In this document: piece after piece, positions 8,554 through 17,722 of the stretch
Position numbering within the stretch: position 1 is the stretch's first letter
How the letters are laid out: each line of letters begins with the position of its first letter
IMG/VR virus record: IMGVR_UViG_3300044796_000233
Span: 1 to 58,847 of that record
Reading direction: 5' to 3' (one strand)
Origin: a virus
Taxonomy: Duplodnaviria > Caudoviricetes
DNA length: 58,847 nt
Program-made: the position numbers and the translations under genes
Notes under the pieces: model-generated
The model's database searches: none
Seen by the model: only the letters and a program-made list of their open reading frames with translations
What the model was told of the DNA's origin: nothing

Positions 8554-8753
8554 TAAGCGCACTCCTTTTCGTAAGCATCTTCAGCATCTAAAAGTCTTCG
8601 TACCTCGTACGTTAAGCAGCATTCAAGGGCAAATAAATCACCGACTAGCTCTTGGGCCTGCACATTGTCGTGATCTCTCCAAGCTTTACGTGCGCGTAGT
8701 TTTACTGAGTCGATGGCATCAAGGATATCTCTAACGTTCTGTGTGTTGTACAT
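8553..8753 (-). CDS. Hypothetical protein
   Basis: 66-aa ORF using the GGAG in the end of paralog 2 as RBS. Confidence 0.7.
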   Translation of the reverse strand: MYNTQNVRDILDAIDSVKLRARKAWRDHDNVQAQELVGDLFALECCLTYEVRRLLDAEDAYEKECA

Positions 8754-8754
8754 A

Positions 8755-9246
8755 TTATCTCCAATACTTAAGGATGATTGTTCGGATTAGTTTTTCTTGC
8801 TTTTTCCGATCGTCGGCGGCGATGGCGGCGTAGTCGGCGGCCCAGGTGGCGGCGGTGGCGCAGTCGTAGGCGGCGTTGATGGCGGCGTAGGAGGCGGCGT
8901 AGGCGGCGTAGGAGGCGTTGCAGGCGGCGGCGATGGCGGCGGCGCTGGCGGCTTTCCTATCTCCACTTCTCGCTGCTTCAATAGCTTTCCGTGGCCTGCT
9001 ATCGTTAGGATAGGCGTTTTCATAGATGTGCAAAACGCTCTCAGCGATGTCAGCAGCCGCTAACACTGCCTTTTCTTTTGGAAGTAACTGAAACGCTACC
9101 CATAATTTATCCGCATGCGTTATGTGCTTCAATCCCATGAATTGCCGATGCGAAAAACTTCGATCACCGTAGTGCTTCAGATAATTTTGCCATCGATCGT
9201 TGCACGGTTTTAGTTTCTCAATCACATTTTTATTTATCATAGTCAC
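8755..9246 (-). CDS. Imm5-like protein with Ala-rich variable core, paralog 2
   Basis: Highly similar N- and C-termini to 7930..8439 and 51752..52312. Confidence 0.8.
   Translation of the reverse strand: MTMINKNVIEKLKPCNDRWQNYLKHYGDRSFSHRQFMGLKHITHADKLWVAFQLLPKEKAVLAAADIAESVLHIYENAYPNDSRPRKAIEAARSGDRKAASAAAIAAACNASYAAYAASYAAINAAYDCATAATWAADYAAIAADDRKKQEKLIRTIILKYWR
8812..8952 (-). repeat. NNC variable tract, paralog 2 (46 of 47 codons end in C; exception TGG)
   Basis: Manual codon parse. Confidence 0.95.
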
Positions 9247-9257
9247 TCCTAGAAATA

Positions 9258-9286
9258 AGTATCCTACTTCTCGACAAAAAAGTCAA
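9258..9286 (-). promoter_or_regulatory. Sigma70-like promoter TTGACT-N17-GATACT
   Basis: Directly upstream of the paralog 2 RBS. Confidence 0.55.
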
Positions 9287-9338
9287 AAGAGTTAACTATG
9301 AGAATGTACAACAAAATTTTTCAAAAGTTAAAAAACAT

Positions 9339-11405
9339 TTACTTCAAATCTCCTAAGTTCTTTGCAATCTTAGGTATAGCCACAAGATCAACACCGGGGA
9401 TGCGGCAGGTCTGCTGCATTGCGTTTTTAAGCATAGCGGATACAAGCTCCCCCTCCTCTTCTTTACACTCCACGATAATTTCATCGTGGACGCACAACAC
9501 TATTTTGCAGTCAATACCTGCTGCCTTAGCGGTGTTTTTAAATGCAATCATAGATCTATTAAGGATAGACGCCGCTGCGGACTGGTTAACAAAATTCACC
9601 GCGAGATTAAGCACAGTCTTAGCCTGGTAAGGCATGTCCATCCAGTCAACGCCCATGTAAACCTTACCGATACGTATGCCTTCCGGAAGTCGGCGTGGGC
9701 GTCCAAAAAGGCTTACCACACGTCCTTCGGTCTTTACTTGCTTATGACACCGGGTTTGGAGATATTTGACCGATGGAAAGGTCTCGAAATACGTGTCGAG
9801 AATTTCCTGCGCTTCGTTCATAGATATTCCAAGCACAGATGCGATACGAGGCGCAGTAGCTCCGTAGGTAGCGGCTAAGGCAATAGTCTTAGATATTTGG
9901 CGTTCTTTTTTGTATTTAATACCAAAGGCGTCTGGTCTTCCTTCTTTGAGTGGTACTGCGTCAGTTTTATTAAATACTTCCATTCCGATGACGGAATAGA
10001 AGTCCTCTCCATTCTTAAAACAGTTAAGCAACCGTTCGTCTCCTGACAAAGAAGCAAAGATTCTGGGTTCAATTTGCTCAAAATCTGCTCCGACAAAGAC
10101 TTTTCCAGGTCGACTAACGATGCACGACTTGATCCTCTTGTCATCTCTTGGCAAGTTCGTAAAATTTGGATCACGGCTACTGTACCTTCCACTGGTAGTT
10201 CCATGTTGAAGGAAGCTCGGTCGAATAACTCCATATTGTAATGACTCCTCTATGCCCTCTACGTAGGTGCTTAAAAGCTTGGTTAGTTTCTTGTACTGTA
10301 GCAGCTTCTGAACCCATTTGTACTTAGCTGCTACTTTCTTGAGCGCCTCTTCATCCACACTGATGTAGTTCCAGTATTCGCGAACCTTACGACCGCCAAC
10401 CACCTGCCCGGTGTACTGCTTCATCGTATGGATAAAGTTTCTCTTTGCTACGTCGGTGTAGATTTTACCAATTTGAAGGCTGTCTGCCCATTCTTTCCCG
10501 CCGTCAGTGAGACGGTAAAAGACCTCACCGAGTTGATCGTAGAGTAGCCACGCTAGTTGCGGTCCAGATCCTATATTGAAAGTAGTCTTGGCTGTATCAC
10601 CAGGGTACTTGTCCTTGATCTTATCTGCGATGTCTTTGTGGATGTCGGTGTATAGAGTAGCGATGTCTACCTCTAAGGTTTTTTTAAGTTTCCCGAGCGT
10701 TTCTACGTCGACCTTTAAACCCTCGGTGTTGAGGTCGTAAGTAGGACCGCGCAATAACGGCATGCTTTCCTCTTCGTAGAAGAACTTATCCAACCCTTCG
10801 TCCATGAGTTCTGGAAGCATTTCCCAGAACAAATTAAATGTTAGAATCGCGTCCTTGGCGCCGTACTTTGCGATAAGCTCGCTATCGGCTTTATAGAGTT
10901 CGTAGTTACCTTTTGTTACGCTTCCCCCATTTCGCTCGATCGACGACACCATTTCTTCTTTTTCCACAAGCGCTTGTTCACCGTAGAATTTGGCGCCCAG
11001 GGACTTCAGTCCTACATGTCTGTTTTCGTCAAGTAGGTGAGCCAAGATCATGGTGTCGGTGTGCACCGACGGCATCAGATCGACACCGTAGTTCACGTGG
11101 ACCTTGTCGCAGTCAAACGTAGCGTTGTGCATCAATAAGGGCTTATTGATCAAAGCTTTCATGACATCCGGTGCTGAAGAGTTGGTCTCAAGCACCGTCA
11201 TCGCCTGCTTTTCTCTGTCCCACTCCCTGGTGACTACATAGTAGGCGATATCCGATTCAGCGCACAGAGAGTACCCAATTATCTGGGATCTCTTCGCAAG
11301 GCCGTCCGTCTCGCAGTCAAAGCTGCAGTACGTCTTATCTTGTAGATAGCTTAGTAACTGTTGCACTTCTTTGTTCGTTCGTAGAATCCGCAATTCCTGG
11401 CTCAT
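9339..11405 (-). CDS. polA: Family A DNA polymerase with 3'-5' exonuclease
   Basis: ExoI DCETDG, ExoII HNATFD, ExoIII YGAKDA; TTSGRYSS, motif A DFEQIEPR, motif B RQISKTIALAATYG, motif C VHDE. Confidence 0.95.
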   Translation of the reverse strand: MSQELRILRTNKEVQQLLSYLQDKTYCSFDCETDGLAKRSQIIGYSLCAESDIAYYVVTREWDREKQAMTVLETNSSAPDVMKALINKPLLMHNATFDCDKVHVNYGVDLMPSVHTDTMILAHLLDENRHVGLKSLGAKFYGEQALVEKEEMVSSIERNGGSVTKGNYELYKADSELIAKYGAKDAILTFNLFWEMLPELMDEGLDKFFYEEESMPLLRGPTYDLNTEGLKVDVETLGKLKKTLEVDIATLYTDIHKDIADKIKDKYPGDTAKTTFNIGSGPQLAWLLYDQLGEVFYRLTDGGKEWADSLQIGKIYTDVAKRNFIHTMKQYTGQVVGGRKVREYWNYISVDEEALKKVAAKYKWVQKLLQYKKLTKLLSTYVEGIEESLQYGVIRPSFLQHGTTSGRYSSRDPNFTNLPRDDKRIKSCIVSRPGKVFVGADFEQIEPRIFASLSGDERLLNCFKNGEDFYSVIGMEVFNKTDAVPLKEGRPDAFGIKYKKERQISKTIALAATYGATAPRIASVLGISMNEAQEILDTYFETFPSVKYLQTRCHKQVKTEGRVVSLFGRPRRLPEGIRIGKVYMGVDWMDMPYQAKTVLNLAVNFVNQSAAASILNRSMIAFKNTAKAAGIDCKIVLCVHDEIIVECKEEEGELVSAMLKNAMQQTCRIPGVDLVAIPKIAKNLGDLK

Positions 11406-13221
11406 TGGTACTCCCGTTAAATGAAATCTTGGTGTAGGTTACTTGGTCTTTTTTCCGGTCTCGTCCGCGTAGCTTCCTTGCCACGTCGTCCCAGAACCTA
11501 AATGCCTCTTCCTCGTCGGTAGACATCTCTCTTAAAAGCTCTGCTTCGGAGTCAAAGTACATGTAATAAGGTACGTCTTCTTGTATGACGTCCTTACCTC
11601 GCTTTTTGTGACGTATCTTACAGAACTTGTAAGCCATCACCGTGGGGCAGCCGGGGTTGTGGTAACAGAGCTTTACAGGCTGCCACAGCGTGATTAAGAA
11701 GTCACAGTAGGATTCAAAAAATACGGTACCGTAGGCGGCATCCTTATTTAGCTCCAGATCTCCAATGCCTGCTTTTTCTCGGGGGGCCTGGGACTGCATG
11801 ATCAAAAGTGTGTTGGTGCGGATCGCAAATGCCTTCATGGCGTGGCATATGTCCATCAGCGCCTGATTCTCACCGTCCTTGCCTGATTTGCTAAGTGCGC
11901 CGATGTGGTCGATTACGACTACTCCTACTTTTTTCTTAGTTCGCATCTGGAACTGCACCAGGTATTCTTCAATGTCTGAGAGAGATAGTCTTCTGTACGA
12001 CCCATCCGGTGCGTAGTTACTCATGACATGCACTTTTTTATGTAGATGCTCGTCACCACGGCACATGTTTGCCCACCGCTCTGCTATCTCTGCGGCTGGT
12101 TGCTCTAGTGGTACGAAGAAATGTACGTAATTAGGATTATTTTGAACGATCCACTTGAACATGTTTAATGCTACGGTGGTCTTTCCCACGCCGGACCCAG
12201 CTACTAGTCCTATTACCTGTCCCAGGCGATAGCCGTATTCAGTGTTGTCCACCGATGGGTGGCATGGGATTCGGGTGCCTTTCATAGAATCACCGGCTTT
12301 CAAAATAATGTTGTCGACGCTGTCAGAAAGTTCTTCAAAAACCGAGGTCTCCTGATATTCAGGAATTTTATTAATGATGTCTTGTGCGTAGGCTTCACGG
12401 TGCTTAGGTGCTCGGGACAAGGCCTTGGGGCAGTTGGCTAGGATCGATAGTGCCTCTTCCTTAGAGAATCCGAAGGACCATAAAAGGTGCCCTAGCCTAA
12501 AATCTGATCTGCTACGATCGTCCGTGTTCCCTTGCCAAATTTCTCTTACTTCTTTACTTTCATTTAACAGTTTCTTAAACTTTCCTGACATCTTATAGTT
12601 AATCGCTATGACGTCAGATATCTCGTTATGGGTGTTATCCCAATGAGACTTGCAGTAGATTTCATCCTCCATACTGAGTTGCGGAAGAACTTGGTCCATC
12701 TGCTCAGAAGTGTATGTGTCTTCACCGGTGTAAATCTCTTCGCACGGCACCATGCGCTCCCAGGATTTCGTGTTTAGCGTGCCAGGAAGCCTCATAAGCT
12801 GACAAAGCTTACCTACTGCTAGGTCGGTATTGAGACACCGGGCTAGTCGCCTCTGGAGGCGAATGTAGGCCTTATCTGAAAGATCAGTGATTCGCCAGTA
12901 GGCGTGAACACCCCCGCCGCTATCAACTATCTTGGTGGGGCATAGAGGAAATTCACAGAGCCTATCTAAGAAAGCCTCTTTGGACGCGTAGACCTTTTCC
13001 TTTAGGTCCATGTCGACGAAAACGCACTCAAAAACGTTTATGTCTGTTCCCTGGACGCTACCGCCAGCGTAGTGACTCGGATAATTAGGAAAATAGTAAC
13101 AATTAAAACCACTCTCGTTATGTTTTTTAATTTCCTCCCACGTCAATTCGCCTTCGATGGTAGGAGGAGTTCCCGGTTTTTCCTCTCGAAGCCAGTCTGG
13201 ACTTATTAATCTAACCAGCAT
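11335..13221 (-). CDS. Primase-helicase: RepB-like AEP primase fused to an SF4 (DnaB-like) helicase
   Basis: FVDMD, SGGGVHAYW and MRLPG primase motifs; Walker A AGSGVGKT, VVIDH, MQSQ. Confidence 0.88.
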   Translation of the reverse strand: MLVRLISPDWLREEKPGTPPTIEGELTWEEIKKHNESGFNCYYFPNYPSHYAGGSVQGTDINVFECVFVDMDLKEKVYASKEAFLDRLCEFPLCPTKIVDSGGGVHAYWRITDLSDKAYIRLQRRLARCLNTDLAVGKLCQLMRLPGTLNTKSWERMVPCEEIYTGEDTYTSEQMDQVLPQLSMEDEIYCKSHWDNTHNEISDVIAINYKMSGKFKKLLNESKEVREIWQGNTDDRSRSDFRLGHLLWSFGFSKEEALSILANCPKALSRAPKHREAYAQDIINKIPEYQETSVFEELSDSVDNIILKAGDSMKGTRIPCHPSVDNTEYGYRLGQVIGLVAGSGVGKTTVALNMFKWIVQNNPNYVHFFVPLEQPAAEIAERWANMCRGDEHLHKKVHVMSNYAPDGSYRRLSLSDIEEYLVQFQMRTKKKVGVVVIDHIGALSKSGKDGENQALMDICHAMKAFAIRTNTLLIMQSQAPREKAGIGDLELNKDAAYGTVFFESYCDFLITLWQPVKLCYHNPGCPTVMAYKFCKIRHKKRGKDVIQEDVPYYMYFDSEAELLREMSTDEEEAFRFWDDVARKLRGRDRKKDQVTYTKISFNGSTNEPGIADSTNEQRSATVTKLSTR

Positions 13222-13486
13222 CGAATAGACTCCAGTGTTTTAGGTCCTTGTGCAGCACTACGTAGGTTCTAGTTTCGTAGAATATTTTATTATGCCTGTT
13301 GATTAAGTGTGCCCTGACCTTGGTGTGTGTGGTGAATTTGAGAGAATATAAAACATGTAGTGCTATGTCGTCCGTACAGTCATGCACCCACACTTCTCCG
13401 TAGTTAAACATAGTCACTCCTAATATAATTGAGCAGGATCGGATTTGATACCGACAAACGTGATCTTTTCTTGCCTTATTACTCAC
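13211..13486 (-). CDS. Hypothetical protein
   Basis: 91-aa ORF overlapping the primase start. Confidence 0.5.
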   Translation of the reverse strand: MSNKARKDHVCRYQIRSCSIILGVTMFNYGEVWVHDCTDDIALHVLYSLKFTTHTKVRAHLINRHNKIFYETRTYVVLHKDLKHWSLFDAG

Positions 13487-13636
13487 TGCCCGGGCTTTGT
13501 GACGGGGTTAATGTGTCCTTTAGAATTGCCACATCGCCTGCTCAAAACTTTTTATAAATGGGCCGGTAACCCGTTCCGTTCGTTTAACCCCCGGCTGGAT
13601 AGGGGCACCCATGGTATCTACAAGTGGGGATAGTAC

Positions 13637-14113
13637 TTATCCAGTCTTACGGTTGTTCAAACGCGCAGCAAGCTCTGCTTGACGAGCGCTAGACACCGCG
13701 GCGCCGGACGGGGCAGCCTTAGCGCGGGCCGTAGTCGCCGGGGGGGCTTCAACAACGTCCTCTTCCTGGCCGGCAAGTGCAGCTTCGATATCCGCATCGT
13801 CTGCAACGTAGCTGGTGTCTACTTCGAAGTCGAAAAGCTTAGTAGGATTACCTTGCTTAGACGGCTTAGAAGCGCTGTAGGTGATACGAACAAGCTGGCC
13901 CGGAGTCTTGGTGTCGGCCCAGTCCGAAAGCACTTTGGACGGGACGACGGCCTTAAGACCTTCCTGAGTCTTAAAGATAAGCTTAGTCGTAGGACCATAC
14001 TTACCGTTGAACGGGAAGCTGCCCAGATAAACACCGGTGAGGGAGTCACCGATGTTGGTGAACTTAAAGAACTCGCCGCTCATTTCGTTGTCTTTTTCAA
14101 ATGCCATTTTCAT
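13637..14113 (-). CDS. Putative single-stranded DNA-binding protein
   Basis: FFKFTNIGDSLTGVYLG...VRITY OB-like fold with acidic/Ala-rich tail; replication module. Confidence 0.65.
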   Translation of the reverse strand: MKMAFEKDNEMSGEFFKFTNIGDSLTGVYLGSFPFNGKYGPTTKLIFKTQEGLKAVVPSKVLSDWADTKTPGQLVRITYSASKPSKQGNPTKLFDFEVDTSYVADDADIEAALAGQEEDVVEAPPATTARAKAAPSGAAVSSARQAELAARLNNRKTG

Positions 14114-14143
14114 TTCCTTTGCTAGTTGTTGAACTGATTTGTC

Positions 14144-14401
14144 TCACTTGACAAGTTTCAGTTTTCGGGATTTTTTACGTCCCAAACTTTCAAAATCTTT
14201 ACATGCTTCGCAGTAAGCACTATCCACTAAGCATGTCTGATACTCGCCTTCGTAGCAAGCTAAATGATAGCCGCAGAGCCTCCACGGTGGATCTTTTCTT
14301 TTCGGAGCGTTTGCTACAATCACTATCCACAGCACGCAGCACGACGAGAGTAAGGACACAAAAATTAAGCTGCTATATAGCGCGTGCTCGGTGTAGTTCA
14401 T
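14144..14401 (-). CDS. Hypothetical membrane protein with Cys cluster
   Basis: N-terminal hydrophobic helix, CxxH/CxxC. Confidence 0.55.
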   Translation of the reverse strand: MNYTEHALYSSLIFVSLLSSCCVLWIVIVANAPKRKDPPWRLCGYHLACYEGEYQTCLVDSAYCEACKDFESLGRKKSRKLKLVK

Positions 14402-14625
14402 ACTTGCCTCACGATTTTACGAGGAAAAGGCATGATGCCTTCTCTCCAGTAGCAGAACACATATTCGTCGTTTTTGATGTACTTCCAGCGTTCGTCTTCC
14501 GTAACATGCTTCGGCACATAACGAGTCTCGATTGGACGAACAAATGTTCCGGCTGAAACAGTTTTTTTATCGTATCCTTCATTGTACGAGTATTCTTCTG
14601 TCAGAGCATAGTCCGGTGTCTTCAC
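14398..14625 (-). CDS. Hypothetical protein
   Basis: 75-aa coupled ORF. Confidence 0.65.
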   Translation of the reverse strand: MKTPDYALTEEYSYNEGYDKKTVSAGTFVRPIETRYVPKHVTEDERWKYIKNDEYVFCYWREGIMPFPRKIVRQV

Positions 14626-14948
14626 AGCTCGGCCTTATGCGCTAGCTGTTTGTATATATAAGCAGCATGCGTGTTCATGTTGTCCGTGTATACCGCGTGG
14701 AGTTCCGCTGATACCTCCTCCACTTGTGCCGGATCTAAATTAGCCGATGATACGCACAAGGAGGCATAGTAAGCGTGCCATAGCTCATGTTTCACTGTCT
14801 CCAAAGTAAAGTCACTGGCGTTAATCACTATCTCCTTGTTGGCGAAAATAGTTAGTCCCGCCGCGTCGTTTCCGTGAATTTTTGTAAATGCGTCGTTATC
14901 CAACACCCGTACTTTCCATTTACGGTCGAAGATTTTAAGTGTAATCAT
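14622..14948 (-). CDS. Zincin-like metallopeptidase (HExxH)
   Basis: GLT...EIVIN...TVKHELWHA...EEV. Confidence 0.75.
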   Translation of the reverse strand: MITLKIFDRKWKVRVLDNDAFTKIHGNDAAGLTIFANKEIVINASDFTLETVKHELWHAYYASLCVSSANLDPAQVEEVSAELHAVYTDNMNTHAAYIYKQLAHKAEL

Positions 14949-15379
14949 GCGCCGGTGCTCCCGTACTTTCCTACGCCGCGATCGGAGTCAGAGAGGCTGG
15001 TAACTTCGACGGGCGTGATCTGGGGGAACGGTATAATCACCAGCTGTCCTACCCGGTCCCCGATTGAGTACATACTACGAGTGTTAGCGACCTTACGGAA
15101 ACGAAAGGAAATTTCCCCTCTGTATCCAGCGTCAAGAACTCCCACAGAGTTACCGAGCATAAAATCTGTCTTAGTCACTGACGACCTTGGAAACAAGAGG
15201 CCCACGTATCCGTACGGAATCTCAACGGCTAGCCCGGTGTTGTACTCTACGTAACCGCCCTCTTCGTTAATGTTCATAGCCACTGCTGTTAAGTCAAGAC
15301 CGGCGTCTCCGTATTTTGCGTAGGTGGGAATAACAGCTTCAGAGTGCAGTTTCTTAATTTTGATAATCATGACGAACAC
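14945..15379 (-). CDS. dut: Trimeric dUTPase
   Basis: AGLDL, PRSS, GVLDAGYRGE, GQL, RGVGKYGSTG motifs. Confidence 0.95.
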   Translation of the reverse strand: MFVMIIKIKKLHSEAVIPTYAKYGDAGLDLTAVAMNINEEGGYVEYNTGLAVEIPYGYVGLLFPRSSVTKTDFMLGNSVGVLDAGYRGEISFRFRKVANTRSMYSIGDRVGQLVIIPFPQITPVEVTSLSDSDRGVGKYGSTGA

Positions 15380-16998
15380 GTGCCTCCTTTTACCAAATCA
15401 CATACATCAACAGACTCGTAGAACACCTCTCCGGTATGCTTTAGTGCAGTGCTTAGCTTCACCGGTGAAAGGGGTTGACCGCCCCTGCAGCCGTCTGGGT
15501 AGCAAGTCATGCCTCTTAAATTGGGAAGGTGCTTAATCAACATGCTACCAAACTCCTGTACCTTTGACTCGTTATTGTGCTCGCTGCCCCACGCAGGGAT
15601 GTTAAGCGTAGAAGAGATGGCATGATCAACAAACCCCTGTAGGTGTGCCTGAAACGAAACACGCCTTTCGATGTCTTCGGACAACGAGTAGGCATCTTCG
15701 ATGCTATCAGCATCCACACCGCTGTCAATAAGTCTTTTGGCGGTTGGATCTATTACGTACTCATATGCCCACGTAGTGCCTTTCAAGTAACGGCGCTTAT
15801 ACGAAACACAATAGATTGGTTCGAGTCCAGATGTCGTATTCGCGACAATCGAAATCGTTCCTGTTGGGGCGACTGCTCTAGTCTTCACCGGGGGGCTTAG
15901 ATCCCAGGCGTCAGCGTACTTGTGCGCAATCTCGGTGCTCTTAGCGTACTCTGCAAGCCATGTATCGAGCTCGGCATCTTGGCCATAGCGCTTACCTCGC
16001 TTCAGTAGCCATTCGTGGATGCCCATAAGACCCAGACCAAGCCTGCGATTCTTAGTTCTTACTTCGTCCACCTTTGCGTAGGGTACGTCTGAGTAGACGG
16101 TTCCTGCGAGAAGAAACTGAACACCAAGTTCAAGAACGCGCTTGAAATCAGTAAGAGTATCCACATTGGCAAGATTAATACTGCCCAGATTGCAAATGTC
16201 AGAATCATCCGCAGAGGTAACCTCAGTGCAAGCATTACGCAGTGTCTCCCCTTTGTTTACACCTGTGTCGATAGAAAATCCTGGTTCCGCCGTCTTAAGC
16301 ATCTGTCGCACCGTAGCCCAATAAACACCGTGGGCGAGTGAGTGGTGCGTGTGCTTTTCATCGTGGAAAGCTAAAAAAAATTCATCGTCAAGTAGCACCG
16401 AGATGTTCGTTCCGTCAAGAGTCGCTGGAAAATTAAAATCTTTTTCCTTTAATGCTCGAACCTCCGGTGACCAATTTTTCTTGGTGATGAACTCGTGAAT
16501 ATCAGGATGCTTCCAGTTCAACCCTGCCCAGATCGCTGACCGTCTCGCACCGCCCTGCATGATTTGACGCCCAAGGTCGTTTAAAATTTCTGCCAGGCTG
16601 CAGGGTCCGGTAGCTTGTCCGCCGGTCTTTCTGACTTTTGCTCCACGCGGGCGAACCTGACTGTAGTCGACTCCAATACCAGCGCCGGTCATAAGCGCCA
16701 TGGTGGCCTTCTGGACAAGTTCAGCCCATCCTTCGCGGGAATCTGTAGCGCGAAGTAAAAGACAGTTTTGGACCTGATGGAAGGGCCGACCGGCAGCGTA
16801 ACAGTAACGACCTCCTGGCATAAATTTTTTATCGTTGATGACTTCGTACACTTCCTGAGCCGTGCTAGTTTTCATGGTCAAGTTAACGGCTTTTAAAACA
16901 CTCTTCGTCACACGATGTGCGACATGCTTCCACTCGGTTTCATTGCGTTCGTCCCACAGGTACTTCTGGGCTAAAATTCTCTTGGAAAAATCATTCAC
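15367..16998 (-). CDS. nrdJ: Ribonucleotide reductase, probably class II (B12-dependent), compact form
   Basis: PGGR, NC, GGARRSA, NACTE, CNLGSINL, APTGT, C-terminal Cys pair; no beta subunit seen in the genome. Confidence 0.8.
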   Translation of the reverse strand: MNDFSKRILAQKYLWDERNETEWKHVAHRVTKSVLKAVNLTMKTSTAQEVYEVINDKKFMPGGRYCYAAGRPFHQVQNCLLLRATDSREGWAELVQKATMALMTGAGIGVDYSQVRPRGAKVRKTGGQATGPCSLAEILNDLGRQIMQGGARRSAIWAGLNWKHPDIHEFITKKNWSPEVRALKEKDFNFPATLDGTNISVLLDDEFFLAFHDEKHTHHSLAHGVYWATVRQMLKTAEPGFSIDTGVNKGETLRNACTEVTSADDSDICNLGSINLANVDTLTDFKRVLELGVQFLLAGTVYSDVPYAKVDEVRTKNRRLGLGLMGIHEWLLKRGKRYGQDAELDTWLAEYAKSTEIAHKYADAWDLSPPVKTRAVAPTGTISIVANTTSGLEPIYCVSYKRRYLKGTTWAYEYVIDPTAKRLIDSGVDADSIEDAYSLSEDIERRVSFQAHLQGFVDHAISSTLNIPAWGSEHNNESKVQEFGSMLIKHLPNLRGMTCYPDGCRGGQPLSPVKLSTALKHTGEVFYESVDVCDLVKGGTCSS

Positions 16999-17348
16999 TT
17001 CTTGGCCCCTCGCACTTCAACAAATTCAATTTCTTCAATATTATCCCCGTAAGATTCCTTACAACACGGGGGTTGAAGCCCGTAAGTGTTCCAAGAATTC
17101 TCAGTAATCCAGATTTTTCGTAAAGGTCTTACTTTAAGTTTCCTGCATTGTCGATAGTGCGCCCACTGTGAGCATGGTTGTTTGATCATTCTCCCCGTGT
17201 CGTCGCAATGCTTTTCTAGCTCTACTAACATGAGGTCACCATGAACTTCTTTAACAGTACCTTTAGATTGTTCTTTAAATTCATTGTAAGTTCCATAATA
17301 CTTTACTCTATCACCGGGGTTGAATTTGTTCATAGTCGCTCCTTCCAA
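16995..17348 (-). CDS. Hypothetical protein with SH3/KOW-like N-terminus
   Basis: KFNPGDRVKY...GTVKEV. Confidence 0.6.
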   Translation of the reverse strand: MEGATMNKFNPGDRVKYYGTYNEFKEQSKGTVKEVHGDLMLVELEKHCDDTGRMIKQPCSQWAHYRQCRKLKVRPLRKIWITENSWNTYGLQPPCCKESYGDNIEEIEFVEVRGAKK

Positions 17349-17722
17349 GCATTGAGGACTTTTCTCACGTAGTCAAGATTTTTAGTAGGGCGATATGAGC
17401 CCGCGTTGTACGCCGAAATAGCCATCATTGCGTCGTTGTCGTATCGATCGAGCTGGTGTCGCAGGTAAGCGGCTGCCCAGTAAGCGTTGATTTTTGGATT
17501 AAAAAGCAATTGTTCGTCTCCTTTGAACCCCAACATTCTAGCAGTGCTGCTGTGAAGCTGGCATAATCCTACACTATTGGAGCCGCCGTCGTCAATATGT
17601 AGCGCTTTTGCATTATGGTGACTTTCGACATAACAAACCGCTGATAACATCCCAGTCGGCAGATTAAACTGTGCGGACAGTAGTGTAAACATAACAGCTA
17701 AGTTACTCATATTTTCTCCCAT
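17330..17722 (-). CDS. Lytic transglycosylase (SLT domain)
   Basis: VES catalytic Glu, GLCQL, AYNAG, YV. Confidence 0.9.
   Translation of the reverse strand: MGENMSNLAVMFTLLSAQFNLPTGMLSAVCYVESHHNAKALHIDDGGSNSVGLCQLHSSTARMLGFKGDEQLLFNPKINAYWAAAYLRHQLDRYDNDAMMAISAYNAGSYRPTKNLDYVRKVLNAWKERL

Noticed and set aside
7962-9063. Poly-Pro (- strand) and Gly/Val-rich (+ strand) ORFs over the Ala-rich tracts
   Set aside because: Automatic consequence of (NNC)n triplets having no stops in other frames; no RBS or independent support. Kept only as a possible alternative explanation for the codon constraint.
7930-9246. Complete canonical DGR (TR/VR pair)
   Set aside because: No RT or Avd-like ORF; both copies are intact genes of different core length, and their differences are not confined to adenines of one copy.
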